Assembly (NCBI GenBank): GCA_964490075.1
Contig: CAZBBK010000026.1
Span: forward strand, 50,499 to 70,498
Origin: an uncultured Gemmatimonadota bacterium
Lineage (GTDB): Bacteria > GCA-2686955
DNA length: 20,000 nt
Direction: 5' to 3'
Shown here piece after piece: positions 1-8,763 of this stretch. Below the pieces are notes generated by a model. The model was not told where the DNA came from. It did not search any database and saw only the letters and a program-made list of their open reading frames with translations. Position 1 is the stretch's first letter; every line of letters begins with the position of its first letter. Made by a program: the position numbers and the translations under genes.

Positions 1-1456
1 GATGCAGGTTCTGGCCGATGAAGGGGTTCTGGCTCATCAGGCGGCGCATGCGGTTGCTGGGCACGAAGGTGTAGGCGCGGACCTGGGGATTGCGCCGCAG
101 CAGCTCGTCGCGGATCTGTGAGAATCGTGTATAGGCGAGGGTTTTCAGGTCCTGCTCGACGAGCCAGATGTTGCCGTGGCGGGCGTTGAAGCCGGGGACC
201 GACGAGACCTGCGGCAGGAAGGGATCGATGACGAAGATCAGGTCGGCGCCCTTGCTGATCGCGGCCTTGAGGTTGCTGGTGCGGGTCACGATGCCGTCGG
301 TGTAGTAGCGCCCTTCGACTTCGACGCTGCGGAAGAAGGGATGGGCGGCGGAGCTGGCCTGCACGGCCTGGCTGATCGGGACGTGGGTCTGATCGCCGTC
401 GCCGAAGAGGACGTGGGTGCGCTGGTCCTGGTCGGTGGCGCCGACGTAGAGCTCGCAGTCGAGCTCGGCGAAGCTGTTGGTGCAGCCGGGGCGGGTGAAC
501 ATCGCGCGCAGGAACTCTTCGAGCTCGGAGTTGTCGAACATCGGCCCCAGGGCGCGCTCGTAGGACCACAGGGCGGAGAACATGCTGAGATCGGCCTGGC
601 CCTTGACGGCTTCCACCAGGTAGCTGGCGAAGTCCTGGTGGGCCATGAGGATGCGCTTGGGCAGCTCGGCGTAGTTCAGGTTGCGCCAGCCGAGGTGCAG
701 GCGCTTGGGCCAGTCGTTGCGCACGCCGGCCACGTTGGCGATCATGTCGTCGATGTCGTAGCCGTTGGCCAGGAATCCGGTGACGATGGCTCCGGCGCTG
801 ATGCCGAAATACATGTCGAAATCGCCGATGTCGACGTCGCAGGCGTCGTCGAGGCATTTGAGAACGCCGAGCTCGTAGTAGATGCCGGTGATGCCTCCGC
901 CGGCCGCGGCGATCGCCTTCTTGCCGCTGCGCTTTTTGACCAGGCGCTGATCGCAGAAGCGCCAGAAGCGCTCCACGAAGTCGCGTCGCGCCTCCGCGGC
1001 GTGCTCGCCGACCAGCCGCGGCGAGAGCGAGAGATCGCGCAGGCAGCCGCCGACGTGACGCTCGCCCATGTTGAAGATCAGGCGATCGACGCGGGCCTCG
1101 TCGGCGTCGCCCACCAGGACCGCCACACGGGAGAAGGGGTAGGCCTTCTCGATCGACTCCTCGGCGGCGAGGGCATCGAGCAGCTCGTGCAGCGCGCCCT
1201 CCTGGCTCTGGGCATCGGACTCGTCGTGCGGCAGATGGCGGCAGTCGACGATGATCAGGTTGTAGTAGCGGACCGCCAGGCGCTCAAGCGCCTCTTCGAC
1301 CGTCACCGCGAGATCGAAGCCGAGCGCCAATCCACGTCCGGTGAGCCGGCAGGGATCCTTGGACTTGATCCAGGGGAGCTGCTGCGCCGACTCGCAGAAA
1401 TCGACGAAGTTGTGGTGGATGGGAGAGAAGAAGAGCGCGAATTTGCGTGCCTGCAC
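1..1456 (-). CDS. Patatin-like phospholipase with N-terminal receiver-like domain (3' end runs off window)
   Basis: Manual minus-strand translation (antisense to ORF 176..1486). GTG start at 1456 with GGAGGG SD at 1464-1469. Glycine-rich loop AAAGGGITGIYYELG (~865-910), nucleophile elbow FGISAG (~790-807), ASSAAHPFF and YYTDGIV (catalytic Asp, ~296-298). No stop before position 1. Confidence 0.9.
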   Translation of the reverse strand, partial: MQARKFALFFSPIHHNFVDFCESAQQLPWIKSKDPCRLTGRGLALGFDLAVTVEEALERLAVRYYNLIIVDCRHLPHDESDAQSQEGALHELLDALAAEESIEKAYPFSRVAVLVGDADEARVDRLIFNMGERHVGGCLRDLSLSPRLVGEHAAEARRDFVERFWRFCDQRLVKKRSGKKAIAAAGGGITGIYYELGVLKCLDDACDVDIGDFDMYFGISAGAIVTGFLANGYDIDDMIANVAGVRNDWPKRLHLGWRNLNYAELPKRILMAHQDFASYLVEAVKGQADLSMFSALWSYERALGPMFDNSELEEFLRAMFTRPGCTNSFAELDCELYVGATDQDQRTHVLFGDGDQTHVPISQAVQASSAAHPFFRSVEVEGRYYTDGIVTRTSNLKAAISKGADLIFVIDPFLPQVSSVPGFNARHGNIWLVEQDLKTLAYTRFSQIRDELLRRNPQVRAYTFVPSNRMRRLMSQNPFIGQNLH

Positions 1457-1607
1457 GGCATGACCCTCCGCCCGCGAAGGGCATGACGACCGCTCACCTA
1501 CCCTAGCAATATGGCCGCGCGGCGGGTCCGGGAAAAGCGGGACGGGGGGCGGGCGTCGCGCGGGCTCGGGGTTGGGCGCGGGGAAATCGTGGCTGGGGGC
1601 GCGCGTC

Positions 1608-1636
1608 TTGACGGGCCCCGGGCCAGCAGGGATGAT
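1608..1636 (+). promoter_or_regulatory. Putative sigma70-type promoter for the + strand operon
   Basis: TTGACG (1608-1613), 17-nt spacer, GATGAT (1631-1636) in the divergent intergenic region. The -10 matches 4/6 only. Confidence 0.3.
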
Positions 1637-1723
1637 TTGGCGGCGATAGAGGGCCCTGCTACGAGCGGTCTCGGGGCTCTCCGGGACCTGCCTTGCGCGG
1701 GACGCGTTTCCCCCCGGTGTTCG

Positions 1724-2743
1724 ATGCTGCCACTATCCCCATTCAGATGCGCTTCGCGCCGCCGCGGATCGACCCGCCTCATTGGCGCGCTGGCGATCTT
1801 GGGGCTCGTGGGCTGCGCCGCCGCGCCGCTGCGCCAGGCCCGGCTCGACCTGGCGGCGGGGCGCTATCAGGAGGCGAGCGAGCGGCTCGAGGCGCTGCGT
1901 GAAGAGGATCCCGAGGCGGGCGAGGCCCATCGTCTGCTGGCCCGGGCGGCGGTCGAGCTGGAGCGCTTCGAGGTCGCCGAGCGGGCGCTGCGCCGGGCGC
2001 GCAAGCTGCAGCCGCACGGCGACCCGGAGCTCGATGCGCTGCATGAACGCATCGTCCGCGATCTCTGGAACCGCGCGGTGGAGGCCTCGGAGCGCGGGGA
2101 GCACGCGGCGGCGGCGGGCGACTTCGAGCTGCTGGCGGCGCTGGAGCCGGAGCGGTCGGAGGTGCGGAAATGGCTCGGGCTGACCCTGCTGGCGAGCGCC
2201 GACACGGTCGCGGCGCTGCGGGTTTTCGACGAGCTGGGGGCGGCGGGCGATCGCCAGGTGTGGGAGCACAAGGTGGCGGTCGAGCTGCGCCGGCGGCGCT
2301 GGGAGACGGCCCTGGGCAGCGCGAGCGTCGCGTTGGCCCGCTTTCCCGACTCCGCGGTCCTGTTGCGGGCGCGCGCCTGTGCGCTGGATCGGCTCGACCG
2401 CCGGGCAGAGGCGGTGGTCGCCTACGAGCAGGCGCTGGTGGGCGCCGGGCCGGCGGTCGACCTGGAGCTGGCGCGCGCGCGGCTGCTGATGCAGCTCGGC
2501 GATATGCGTGGCGCGCTGGAGGCCTTCGAGGGGGCGTGGGAAGCGCCGCCGGGCGCGGGCGCCGCGGCTTGGGACGCGGAGAGCTACGAGCACTACGGCG
2601 AATGCCTGGTCGAGCTCGGGCGTCTGGCCGAGGGGCGTGCCGCCTTCGAACGCTCGCTCGCGATCGAGCCCGAGGGGCGGCGCGCCGCGCAGTACCTGCG
2701 CCTGATCGCTTCAGTAGTGGAGGGGCCGGATGCGTCGCCGTAG
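1724..2743 (+). CDS. TPR-repeat lipoprotein
   Basis: ORF 1511..2743 trimmed to ATG 1724 (start uncertain). Basic n-region, hydrophobic LIGALAILG and lipobox LVG-C (Cys at 1814-1816). Repeated TPR-like helices (AHRLLARAAVELERFEVAERALRRARKLQP; YEHYGECLVELGRLAEGRAAFERSLAIEP). Confidence 0.8.
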   Translation: MLPLSPFRCASRRRGSTRLIGALAILGLVGCAAAPLRQARLDLAAGRYQEASERLEALREEDPEAGEAHRLLARAAVELERFEVAERALRRARKLQPHGDPELDALHERIVRDLWNRAVEASERGEHAAAAGDFELLAALEPERSEVRKWLGLTLLASADTVAALRVFDELGAAGDRQVWEHKVAVELRRRRWETALGSASVALARFPDSAVLLRARACALDRLDRRAEAVVAYEQALVGAGPAVDLELARARLLMQLGDMRGALEAFEGAWEAPPGAGAAAWDAESYEHYGECLVELGRLAEGRAAFERSLAIEPEGRRAAQYLRLIASVVEGPDASP

Positions 2744-5700
2744 CGCACTGGTGGCTGCCGCGGCCTCGGCGGCCGGCATTGCCTTCGCCCAAGGCCCCCT
2801 GATCGATCCCGACCCGCCGACCGGTTCGGTGCTGGCGAGCGCCCGCGACACGGTCTCGTTCCGCACCGCGCGCGACGCTTCGGTGGGCGACATCGAGCGC
2901 GCCCTGGTGCTGCGTTCGCGTTCGCTGGGCGCGCAGGCGCCGCTGGTCGAGGTCGACGCGCTCGATCCCCGGCTCTTCCACCTGGTCGCTCCGCGCGGCG
3001 CCTGGCCCTCCGGCGACCGCCTCGACCTGCGCCTGGCCGGGGAGCTGCTCGGCTTCGACAAAGGCGCATTCTGGTTCCTGGAGGTGCCCTCGGCCTTTCG
3101 CGTGGGCAGCTACCCCAGTCCCCCCGACCAGCTTCTGCCGACCTTCAGCAGCGCCCGCGACGTGCGCCTCGGCGATTTCGACGGCGACGACATCGCCGAC
3201 GCGCTCGTGCTCGCGCAGGACGGCATCGCCGTGTTCTGGGGTCGGCCCTGCGCCGGCGACCAGCGGATCTTCGACCGCACCGCCCCCTACTCCTACTCGC
3301 TCTTCGCGCTTGGCGAGCGGGCCTTTCTGAATGCCTGCGATCTCGACAACAACGGCGCCGACGACATCCTGCTGGTCACCGAGACCCAGCCCGAGCGGGC
3401 GATCATGCTGCTGGCCCGCGATCCCGGCACGCGCCAGTTCCGAGAGCTGATCACCACCCTGCCGGGGGTCGACCACGACCCGATGGATGTGAAGCCGGTC
3501 CATCTCGACAACGATCCCTACGTCGACCTGCTCTTCCTGGCCGACGCCAACAACCTGCTGGTGCCGCTGCGCAACGTGGTCGCCACCGGAGAGCCTTTCT
3601 TCGAGATCTTCGGGCCGGACGGGGCGATCCAGCTCGACTCCGATCCGCTGTCGATGACCACCGGCGACTTCAGCGTGCCACCGGACGGCTACGACGACGT
3701 GGTGGTGTCGGCGCTCGACCGCAGCCTCGAGGTGTTCGAGAACGTCGGCGGACGGCAGATCGTGCTGCGCCCGGCGCGGCGCACCGTGACCAACGCCCGC
3801 ATCGGTCCGATGGCGTCGATCGACTTCGATCAGAACGGGCTGCTCGACATCGTCGCGGCCGAGACCCCGGCCGCCAACCGGGTTCGCCGCTTCATGGGCG
3901 TGGCCGCCGACCGGCCCTTTCGGCAGCGCTCCGAAGCGCTCGGCATCGCACCGCTGGTGGTGCGCGTGGTCGACCTGGACGGGGATCAGTACGCCGACCC
4001 CCTTTTCGGCGACGGCGCCGCCATCGTCACGGTCGACCGCCAGCAGGGGGAGCGGGTGCTGGCCACCGGCCTGAGCAGCGGCTATCGCGGCTTCGAGCTC
4101 GCCGACCTGAACTGCGACGGCGCCCCCGACCTGCTGGCGGCGGCGGGGACTCAGACCCAGGTGCGGCTGAACCATCCGCGCACACCCGGGGGGATCCGCG
4201 GCGCCCTGATCGAGCCCCAGAGCCTCTTCGACGAGGTCGAGCTCTGCGTCGCCGAGACGCGCGCCGAGACCCTCTGTGTGCTGGGCGCTTTCTGCCCCGT
4301 CGATCTGAGCCGGATCTCGCTCAACGCCGATGCCTCCGCCTCCGGTGCCTACGCGCTCGACCTGATCCGCGGCACCCTGCCGGCGACCCTGAACCCCGGC
4401 GACACGGTCTGCGTCGAGCTGCGTTTCACGCCCCTCGCGGGCGGCGCGCCGCCCGGCGCTCCGGCGCTCGAGGTGGTGGCGCTCTGCGACAGCGCCTCGG
4501 TGCCTCTGGGGGGCGAGGGACTGATCGGCGAGCTCGACGCGCTGCCGCCCATCCTCGACTTCGGCGAGCTCTGTCCTCCGGAGATCGGCCGCGGCCAGGT
4601 CTGCTTCTTCAACGCGCACGCGCTCTGCGGGCGCAGGATCGTCGCCGCCTGGCTCGAGCCCCGGGGCGAGGAGCCCTGCCCCTTCACCCTGATCGATCCG
4701 CCGGGGGGAGTCGACCTGGAACCGGGCGAACGGCTCTGCATCGACGTCGACTTCGCCCCCCCGGGGCGCGGTCGGTTCGACTGCGACCTGCGCCTGGCGC
4801 TCGACCAGCCCCTCGACACCCTGAGCGTCCCGCTCGCCGGCCGCTGCAACAATCCGCCCTTCTGGTACTCCGACCCGGTCGACCTGAGGGTCTGCGAGGC
4901 CGACACCTTCCCCGACCAGACGCTCGACTACCGCGATCCCGACGTCGGCGACGGAATCGAATGCCTGCCGCCGGAGTGGCTCGAGGGAAGCGACACGGAG
5001 ATCACCCTGGCCTGGGACTGCGCCCGCAAGATTCTGAGCGCCGCCCATCCGGGGGGCGACTACATCGGCTGGGCGCGCTATCGGCTGACCATCACCGACG
5101 GCATCGATGAAGTGTCGCGCGAGCTGCGCTACGAGGTCGCCGACGTCAACGATCCGCCCCTCGCCGAGCTCGAGGGCGCGGTCGCGCTCTGCGCCGACGG
5201 GTCGCCGGCCTCCGCGGAGGGGGTCGAGATCGCCTTCCGCCTGACGGTCGCCGATCGTCTCGATCATCTGCCGCCTCCGGCCCAGACCTGCGAGTCGACC
5301 CTGTCGTGGGCCGGCGAGGGCTCGATCGACCCGCCGATCCCGGGCGATCCCCTGAGCCTCTCCACCGAGCCCGAGGGTTCGGTGGTGGCCGACTTCCGCT
5401 GGACTCCCGGCTTCGACGCCGCCGGGGACTACAGAATCGAGCTGATCGCCTGCGAGGACGACCCCTGTCCCGCCGACTCCTGCAACCCCGATCCGGTCAC
5501 GGCCTGCGACACCACTCTGATCTGCTTCACGGTCAGCGACGTGGCGCCGGATCTGGTGCTGGCGATCGGCGGACTGCCGGCACGGGTCGAGGTCGGCACC
5601 GAGACCCCGTACTGGATCTCGGTCCGCTCCCTGGGCGCCTCCTGGCCGCACCAGGGAGCGTCGGTCGAGGTGGAGCTGGCCGGCGAGGCGCTGGAGACCT

Positions 5701-6152
5701 GGCAGATCCCGCCGCCGATCGCGGCGGGCGACTCGCTGCTCTTCGCCGGCAGCTTCACGCCGCGGACTCCGCGCCAGGATCGGCTGAGCGCCTGTCTGGT
5801 GCTGCCCAATCCCGAGCTCGACGCCGACCCTTCGAACAACTGCGACGAGGTGCAGCTGGGGACCCGCGAGGGGCGCCTGCGGGTGCGTCCCAACCCCTTC
5901 ACGCCCAACGGCGACGGCTTCAACGACCGGGCCGAGTTCGTGACCCGGGAGATCCGCAGCACGGACCCGCGGGTCACCATCTTCGATCTGCGGGGCCGCA
6001 CGCTGCGCCGGCTGCGCCCCGATCTCGAGGGCCGGGTGTACTGGGACGGGCGAGACGACGCCGGCGCGGGGGTCGATTCGGGGGTCTACCTCTATCTCTT
6101 CCAGGACTCGGGCGGGCACCGTCTGAGCGGCCAGATCACGGTGGCGCGATGA
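2730..6152 (+). CDS. Large secreted FG-GAP/VCBS beta-propeller plus Ig-like/cadherin/CARDB-like protein with T9SS type-B-like (gliding-motility-associated) C-terminal sorting domain
   Basis: Signal peptide (..GIAFA-Q). Seven FG-GAP-like Ca-binding motifs (GDFDGDDIAD, CDLDNNGADD, HLDNDPYVD, GDFSVPPDGYDD, DFDQNGLLD, DLDGDQYAD, ADLNCDGAPD). Ig-like repeats (LNPGDTVCVELRFTP; LEPGERLCIDVDFAP), cadherin-like VADVNDPP, CARDB-like APDLV...ELDADPSNN, and C-terminal PNPFTPNGDGFND...SGQITVAR. Confidence 0.85.
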   Translation: MRRRSALVAAAASAAGIAFAQGPLIDPDPPTGSVLASARDTVSFRTARDASVGDIERALVLRSRSLGAQAPLVEVDALDPRLFHLVAPRGAWPSGDRLDLRLAGELLGFDKGAFWFLEVPSAFRVGSYPSPPDQLLPTFSSARDVRLGDFDGDDIADALVLAQDGIAVFWGRPCAGDQRIFDRTAPYSYSLFALGERAFLNACDLDNNGADDILLVTETQPERAIMLLARDPGTRQFRELITTLPGVDHDPMDVKPVHLDNDPYVDLLFLADANNLLVPLRNVVATGEPFFEIFGPDGAIQLDSDPLSMTTGDFSVPPDGYDDVVVSALDRSLEVFENVGGRQIVLRPARRTVTNARIGPMASIDFDQNGLLDIVAAETPAANRVRRFMGVAADRPFRQRSEALGIAPLVVRVVDLDGDQYADPLFGDGAAIVTVDRQQGERVLATGLSSGYRGFELADLNCDGAPDLLAAAGTQTQVRLNHPRTPGGIRGALIEPQSLFDEVELCVAETRAETLCVLGAFCPVDLSRISLNADASASGAYALDLIRGTLPATLNPGDTVCVELRFTPLAGGAPPGAPALEVVALCDSASVPLGGEGLIGELDALPPILDFGELCPPEIGRGQVCFFNAHALCGRRIVAAWLEPRGEEPCPFTLIDPPGGVDLEPGERLCIDVDFAPPGRGRFDCDLRLALDQPLDTLSVPLAGRCNNPPFWYSDPVDLRVCEADTFPDQTLDYRDPDVGDGIECLPPEWLEGSDTEITLAWDCARKILSAAHPGGDYIGWARYRLTITDGIDEVSRELRYEVADVNDPPLAELEGAVALCADGSPASAEGVEIAFRLTVADRLDHLPPPAQTCESTLSWAGEGSIDPPIPGDPLSLSTEPEGSVVADFRWTPGFDAAGDYRIELIACEDDPCPADSCNPDPVTACDTTLICFTVSDVAPDLVLAIGGLPARVEVGTETPYWISVRSLGASWPHQGASVEVELAGEALETWQIPPPIAAGDSLLFAGSFTPRTPRQDRLSACLVLPNPELDADPSNNCDEVQLGTREGRLRVRPNPFTPNGDGFNDRAEFVTREIRSTDPRVTIFDLRGRTLRRLRPDLEGRVYWDGRDDAGAGVDSGVYLYLFQDSGGHRLSGQITVAR

Positions 6153-7963
6153 GCAGCCGAGCAAAGGCCGCGATCGTCGCCGCGCTCTGCGCTCTCGCGC
6201 GCGCGGGTGCGCCAGCCCAGGAGCTGCCGGCGGCGTTGCCGGTCGACGTCCACCAGGTGCGCGCCATCGCTCTCAACCCGGCGCTGGCGGCGTTCAGCGG
6301 CGAGTATCTCGAGCTCGGCGTGCGCGAGAGCTACCTCGGCATCAGCGCCTCCAACCTCGCCCTGACGGCCGGGTTCATGACCTACGCCTTCGCCGACCCC
6401 GTGCGCGGTTGGACCCTGCGCGCCAGCCACTTCTCGGCCAGCTCGCTGCGCCGCTCGCGGATCGGAGCGGGCTACGGTCGGGCGCCGACCTCGTGGCTGG
6501 CTCTCGGCCTGAGCGCCGACGCGATCAACCTCGGCTACCACCACCTCGACCTGGTCGATCCCGGCGACCCGCTCTTCGCGGGCGGCACCTCGCGGGTGGG
6601 CTACGGGATCGGCGCCGGGCTCTTGCTGCGTTCCGCCGCCGGCGTGGAGCTCGGCGCGTCGGTCCAGGATCTGAACCGCCCTGACCTGTCGCTCGATCCG
6701 CGCGCCGACGCCCGCCTGCCGGCGCGCCTCCACGGCGCCCTGCGACTGCCGATCGGCGACCTGATCCTGGCCGCGGGGCTGCGCGATATCGAGCTCGGCA
6801 GCCCCGGCGCCCGCGGCCTCAACGGGGCCGCCTTGCAGCTCGATCTGGCGGGCTGGGTCGGGCCCTGGGCCGGTCTGCGCGCCTTTGGCGGCAACCGCGG
6901 CGCCGGCGTCGAGGGGCGGCTGGTGCTGCCCTTCGGCATGGAGCTGCGCTACTCGATCGAGGAGCCTTTCAACGACCTGGCGGGATTCAGCTACGGCACC
7001 CACCAGATCGCCCTGGTCGGGATCTCGGAAGGCTCGGTGGGGGTGCCGCGGCGGCGTCCACCGCCGGCCCCGCCGCGCATCGGCCCCTTGCCCCGCGCCC
7101 CCGCGCGCGACGCCCACCCGCGCTTCTTCTTTCTGGAGCCGGCGACCGATTCGGCCGTGATCGCCGAGGTCTCGATCACCCGCCGCATCGACGAGGAAGT
7201 GCTGCGGCAGCGCCTGCCCGCCCTCTCGCCCTACCTCGGCCGCACCCTCGACGATCTGCTCGCGCTGCGCTTCCCGACCCACGACTTCGTCCCCTTGCGG
7301 GTCGCCGACCCTCTGGCTCCCCTGCTCGGCACCTACCAGCCGCGCTACCTCGGCACTCTGGCCGACCTGTCGCACCTGCTCGCCGCCGACAGCGAGCTGG
7401 GTGCGGCCATCATCGCCTGCGGCGGCAGCGACCAGCGCGCCGGCTCGCTGTGGAGCGCGCTCACCGGCACCGGCGCCCTCTTCACCGACCGCCTGCCGGT
7501 TCTCGCCCCGGCCGCGTCCCAGTCCCTCGCCGCGCCCGGCTCGCATCCGGTGGCGCCGCGGGCGTTCCCGGCCGCCGCCGAGGATCAGCTCCAGGTCGAC
7601 CCGCCGGCGCTCGAGATCGACATCGTGTCGATCGGCATGGACGATTTCGACGGTCCCTGGGCGCTGGTGGTCCGCGACCGCTCCGGGGCCGAGGTCGAGC
7701 GCCTCGCCTGGCGCGGAATGCCGCGGCGCATCGTCTGGGATTGGCGCGTCGCCGGGCTCGATCTGATCGCTCCCGGAAGGTATACCTTTGCCCTGGAATG
7801 GAGCGACGGCGAAGGGCGGCCCTGGGCCTCCCGGCGCCGTCATCTGACCGTCTCCCGGCGTCGCCAGAAGATCGACATCGCCGTCTCCGCCGGCCGACCC
7901 GCCGCCGAGCCGGCCGACCGAGTCCTGCTCTTCATCGACGAGCAGCCCGACCCCTCGAGGTGA
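6149..7963 (+). CDS. PorP/SprF-like (T9SS) outer-membrane beta-barrel with C-terminal extension (possible degenerate OmpA-like plus FlgD-Ig-like domains)
   Basis: ATGA overlap with the upstream stop gives the start (ORF 5306 is overextended). Signal peptide, NPALA motif (~6275), alternating amphipathic beta strands, ASVQDLNRPDLS, and terminal barrel strand YGTHQIAL (~6992-7015) resembling the PorP GTHEISL motif. Lies directly after a type-B CTD gene. Confidence 0.7.
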   Translation: MSSRAKAAIVAALCALARAGAPAQELPAALPVDVHQVRAIALNPALAAFSGEYLELGVRESYLGISASNLALTAGFMTYAFADPVRGWTLRASHFSASSLRRSRIGAGYGRAPTSWLALGLSADAINLGYHHLDLVDPGDPLFAGGTSRVGYGIGAGLLLRSAAGVELGASVQDLNRPDLSLDPRADARLPARLHGALRLPIGDLILAAGLRDIELGSPGARGLNGAALQLDLAGWVGPWAGLRAFGGNRGAGVEGRLVLPFGMELRYSIEEPFNDLAGFSYGTHQIALVGISEGSVGVPRRRPPPAPPRIGPLPRAPARDAHPRFFFLEPATDSAVIAEVSITRRIDEEVLRQRLPALSPYLGRTLDDLLALRFPTHDFVPLRVADPLAPLLGTYQPRYLGTLADLSHLLAADSELGAAIIACGGSDQRAGSLWSALTGTGALFTDRLPVLAPAASQSLAAPGSHPVAPRAFPAAAEDQLQVDPPALEIDIVSIGMDDFDGPWALVVRDRSGAEVERLAWRGMPRRIVWDWRVAGLDLIAPGRYTFALEWSDGEGRPWASRRRHLTVSRRRQKIDIAVSAGRPAAEPADRVLLFIDEQPDPSR

Positions 7964-7968
7964 AATCG

Positions 7969-8760
7969 ATGACCCGCCAACGTCTCCGCAGCATCGGCCG
8001 AGCCCTCTTCGCACTTGCCCTGCCGGGTTCGACCGCCGCCACCGCCGAGCCGCTCACGCCCGCGCTCCCCGGCTCCGCCGCCCCCACCGTGGCCCGCGCG
8101 GTGTTCGAGGACCTGTCGTTCTGGGTCTGGCCCCTGGGGCTGGTGCTGGCGGCCGGGGTGTTCTGGTGCGCCGCGCGCTACGGCATGGTGCTGCTGGAGC
8201 GCAGGCGAGCCGCCCGGCTCACCGGCCAGACCCTGCACAGCCTGCCGCTCGACGAGCTCGATCGCCTGGTGGGCGACGCGCCGCGCTCCCAGGTCGGCGC
8301 GCTGCTGCGCGGCATGCTCGACGTGGCCGGGCTGGCGCCGCGCGGCGACGAGGCCGGTCTGGGCGACGTCAACGAAGAGATCACCCTCTACCGCGAGTCG
8401 GTCAACGACCGCTTCGAAGGGTTCAAGGCGGTCAGCGCCTTCCTCTCCAACTCGGCCGGCGCGCTCGGCCTGCTCGGCACCGTGTGGGGCATCTACATCA
8501 CCTTCAAGGGCGGTGAGATGGACCCGGAGAAGATCATCAACGGCATGGGCGTGGCCCTCTCCACCACCGGCTGCGGCATCGTCATCAGCCTGGTGGTCGA
8601 CTTCCTGAGCTCGATGGTGGTGTCGGCCCATGTGGGGTCGGTCGAGTTCGGCTATCGCAAGGCCGAGGAGCTGCGCATGGCGATTCTGCTCGACCGGCGG
8701 CGCAGCAAGCTGGGGCCGGTGGCGGCCGATGGCGACGCAGCTCCGGTCCTGGAGGACTGA
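7969..8760 (+). CDS. exbB: MotA/TolQ/ExbB proton channel family protein
   Basis: ATG 7969 preceded by GAGGTG. TM1 FWVWPLGLVLAAGVFW, TM2 SAGALGLLGTVWGIYITF, TM3 GMGVALSTTGCGIVISL. Confidence 0.9.
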   Translation: MTRQRLRSIGRALFALALPGSTAATAEPLTPALPGSAAPTVARAVFEDLSFWVWPLGLVLAAGVFWCAARYGMVLLERRRAARLTGQTLHSLPLDELDRLVGDAPRSQVGALLRGMLDVAGLAPRGDEAGLGDVNEEITLYRESVNDRFEGFKAVSAFLSNSAGALGLLGTVWGIYITFKGGEMDPEKIINGMGVALSTTGCGIVISLVVDFLSSMVVSAHVGSVEFGYRKAEELRMAILLDRRRSKLGPVAADGDAAPVLED

Positions 8761-8763
8761 GCC

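Noticed and set aside
176-1486. 436-aa + strand ORF
   Set aside because: Codon-aligned antisense shadow of the minus-strand patatin gene, which has clear catalytic motifs and an SD.
1511-1723. N-terminal extension of the TPR ORF
   Set aside because: Low-complexity sequence that would bury the lipoprotein signal and overlaps the putative promoter. The same overextension applies to ORF starts 5306, 7450, 9741 and 11789.
2730-2795. Twin-arginine (Tat) signals in MRRRSAL and similar Arg-rich N-termini (12305, 14751)
   Set aside because: Poor match to S/T-R-R-x-F-L-K. Arg-rich n-regions are expected in GC-rich genomes, so Sec export is the simpler reading.
1779-6164. 1461-aa minus-strand ORF and other long antisense or alternate-frame ORFs (e.g. 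6092..8014, 10767..14066, 14139..16376)
   Set aside because: Stop-poor shadows expected at this GC content. They are Arg/Pro/Ala-rich or mirror-codon sequences without motifs, and overlap well-supported genes.
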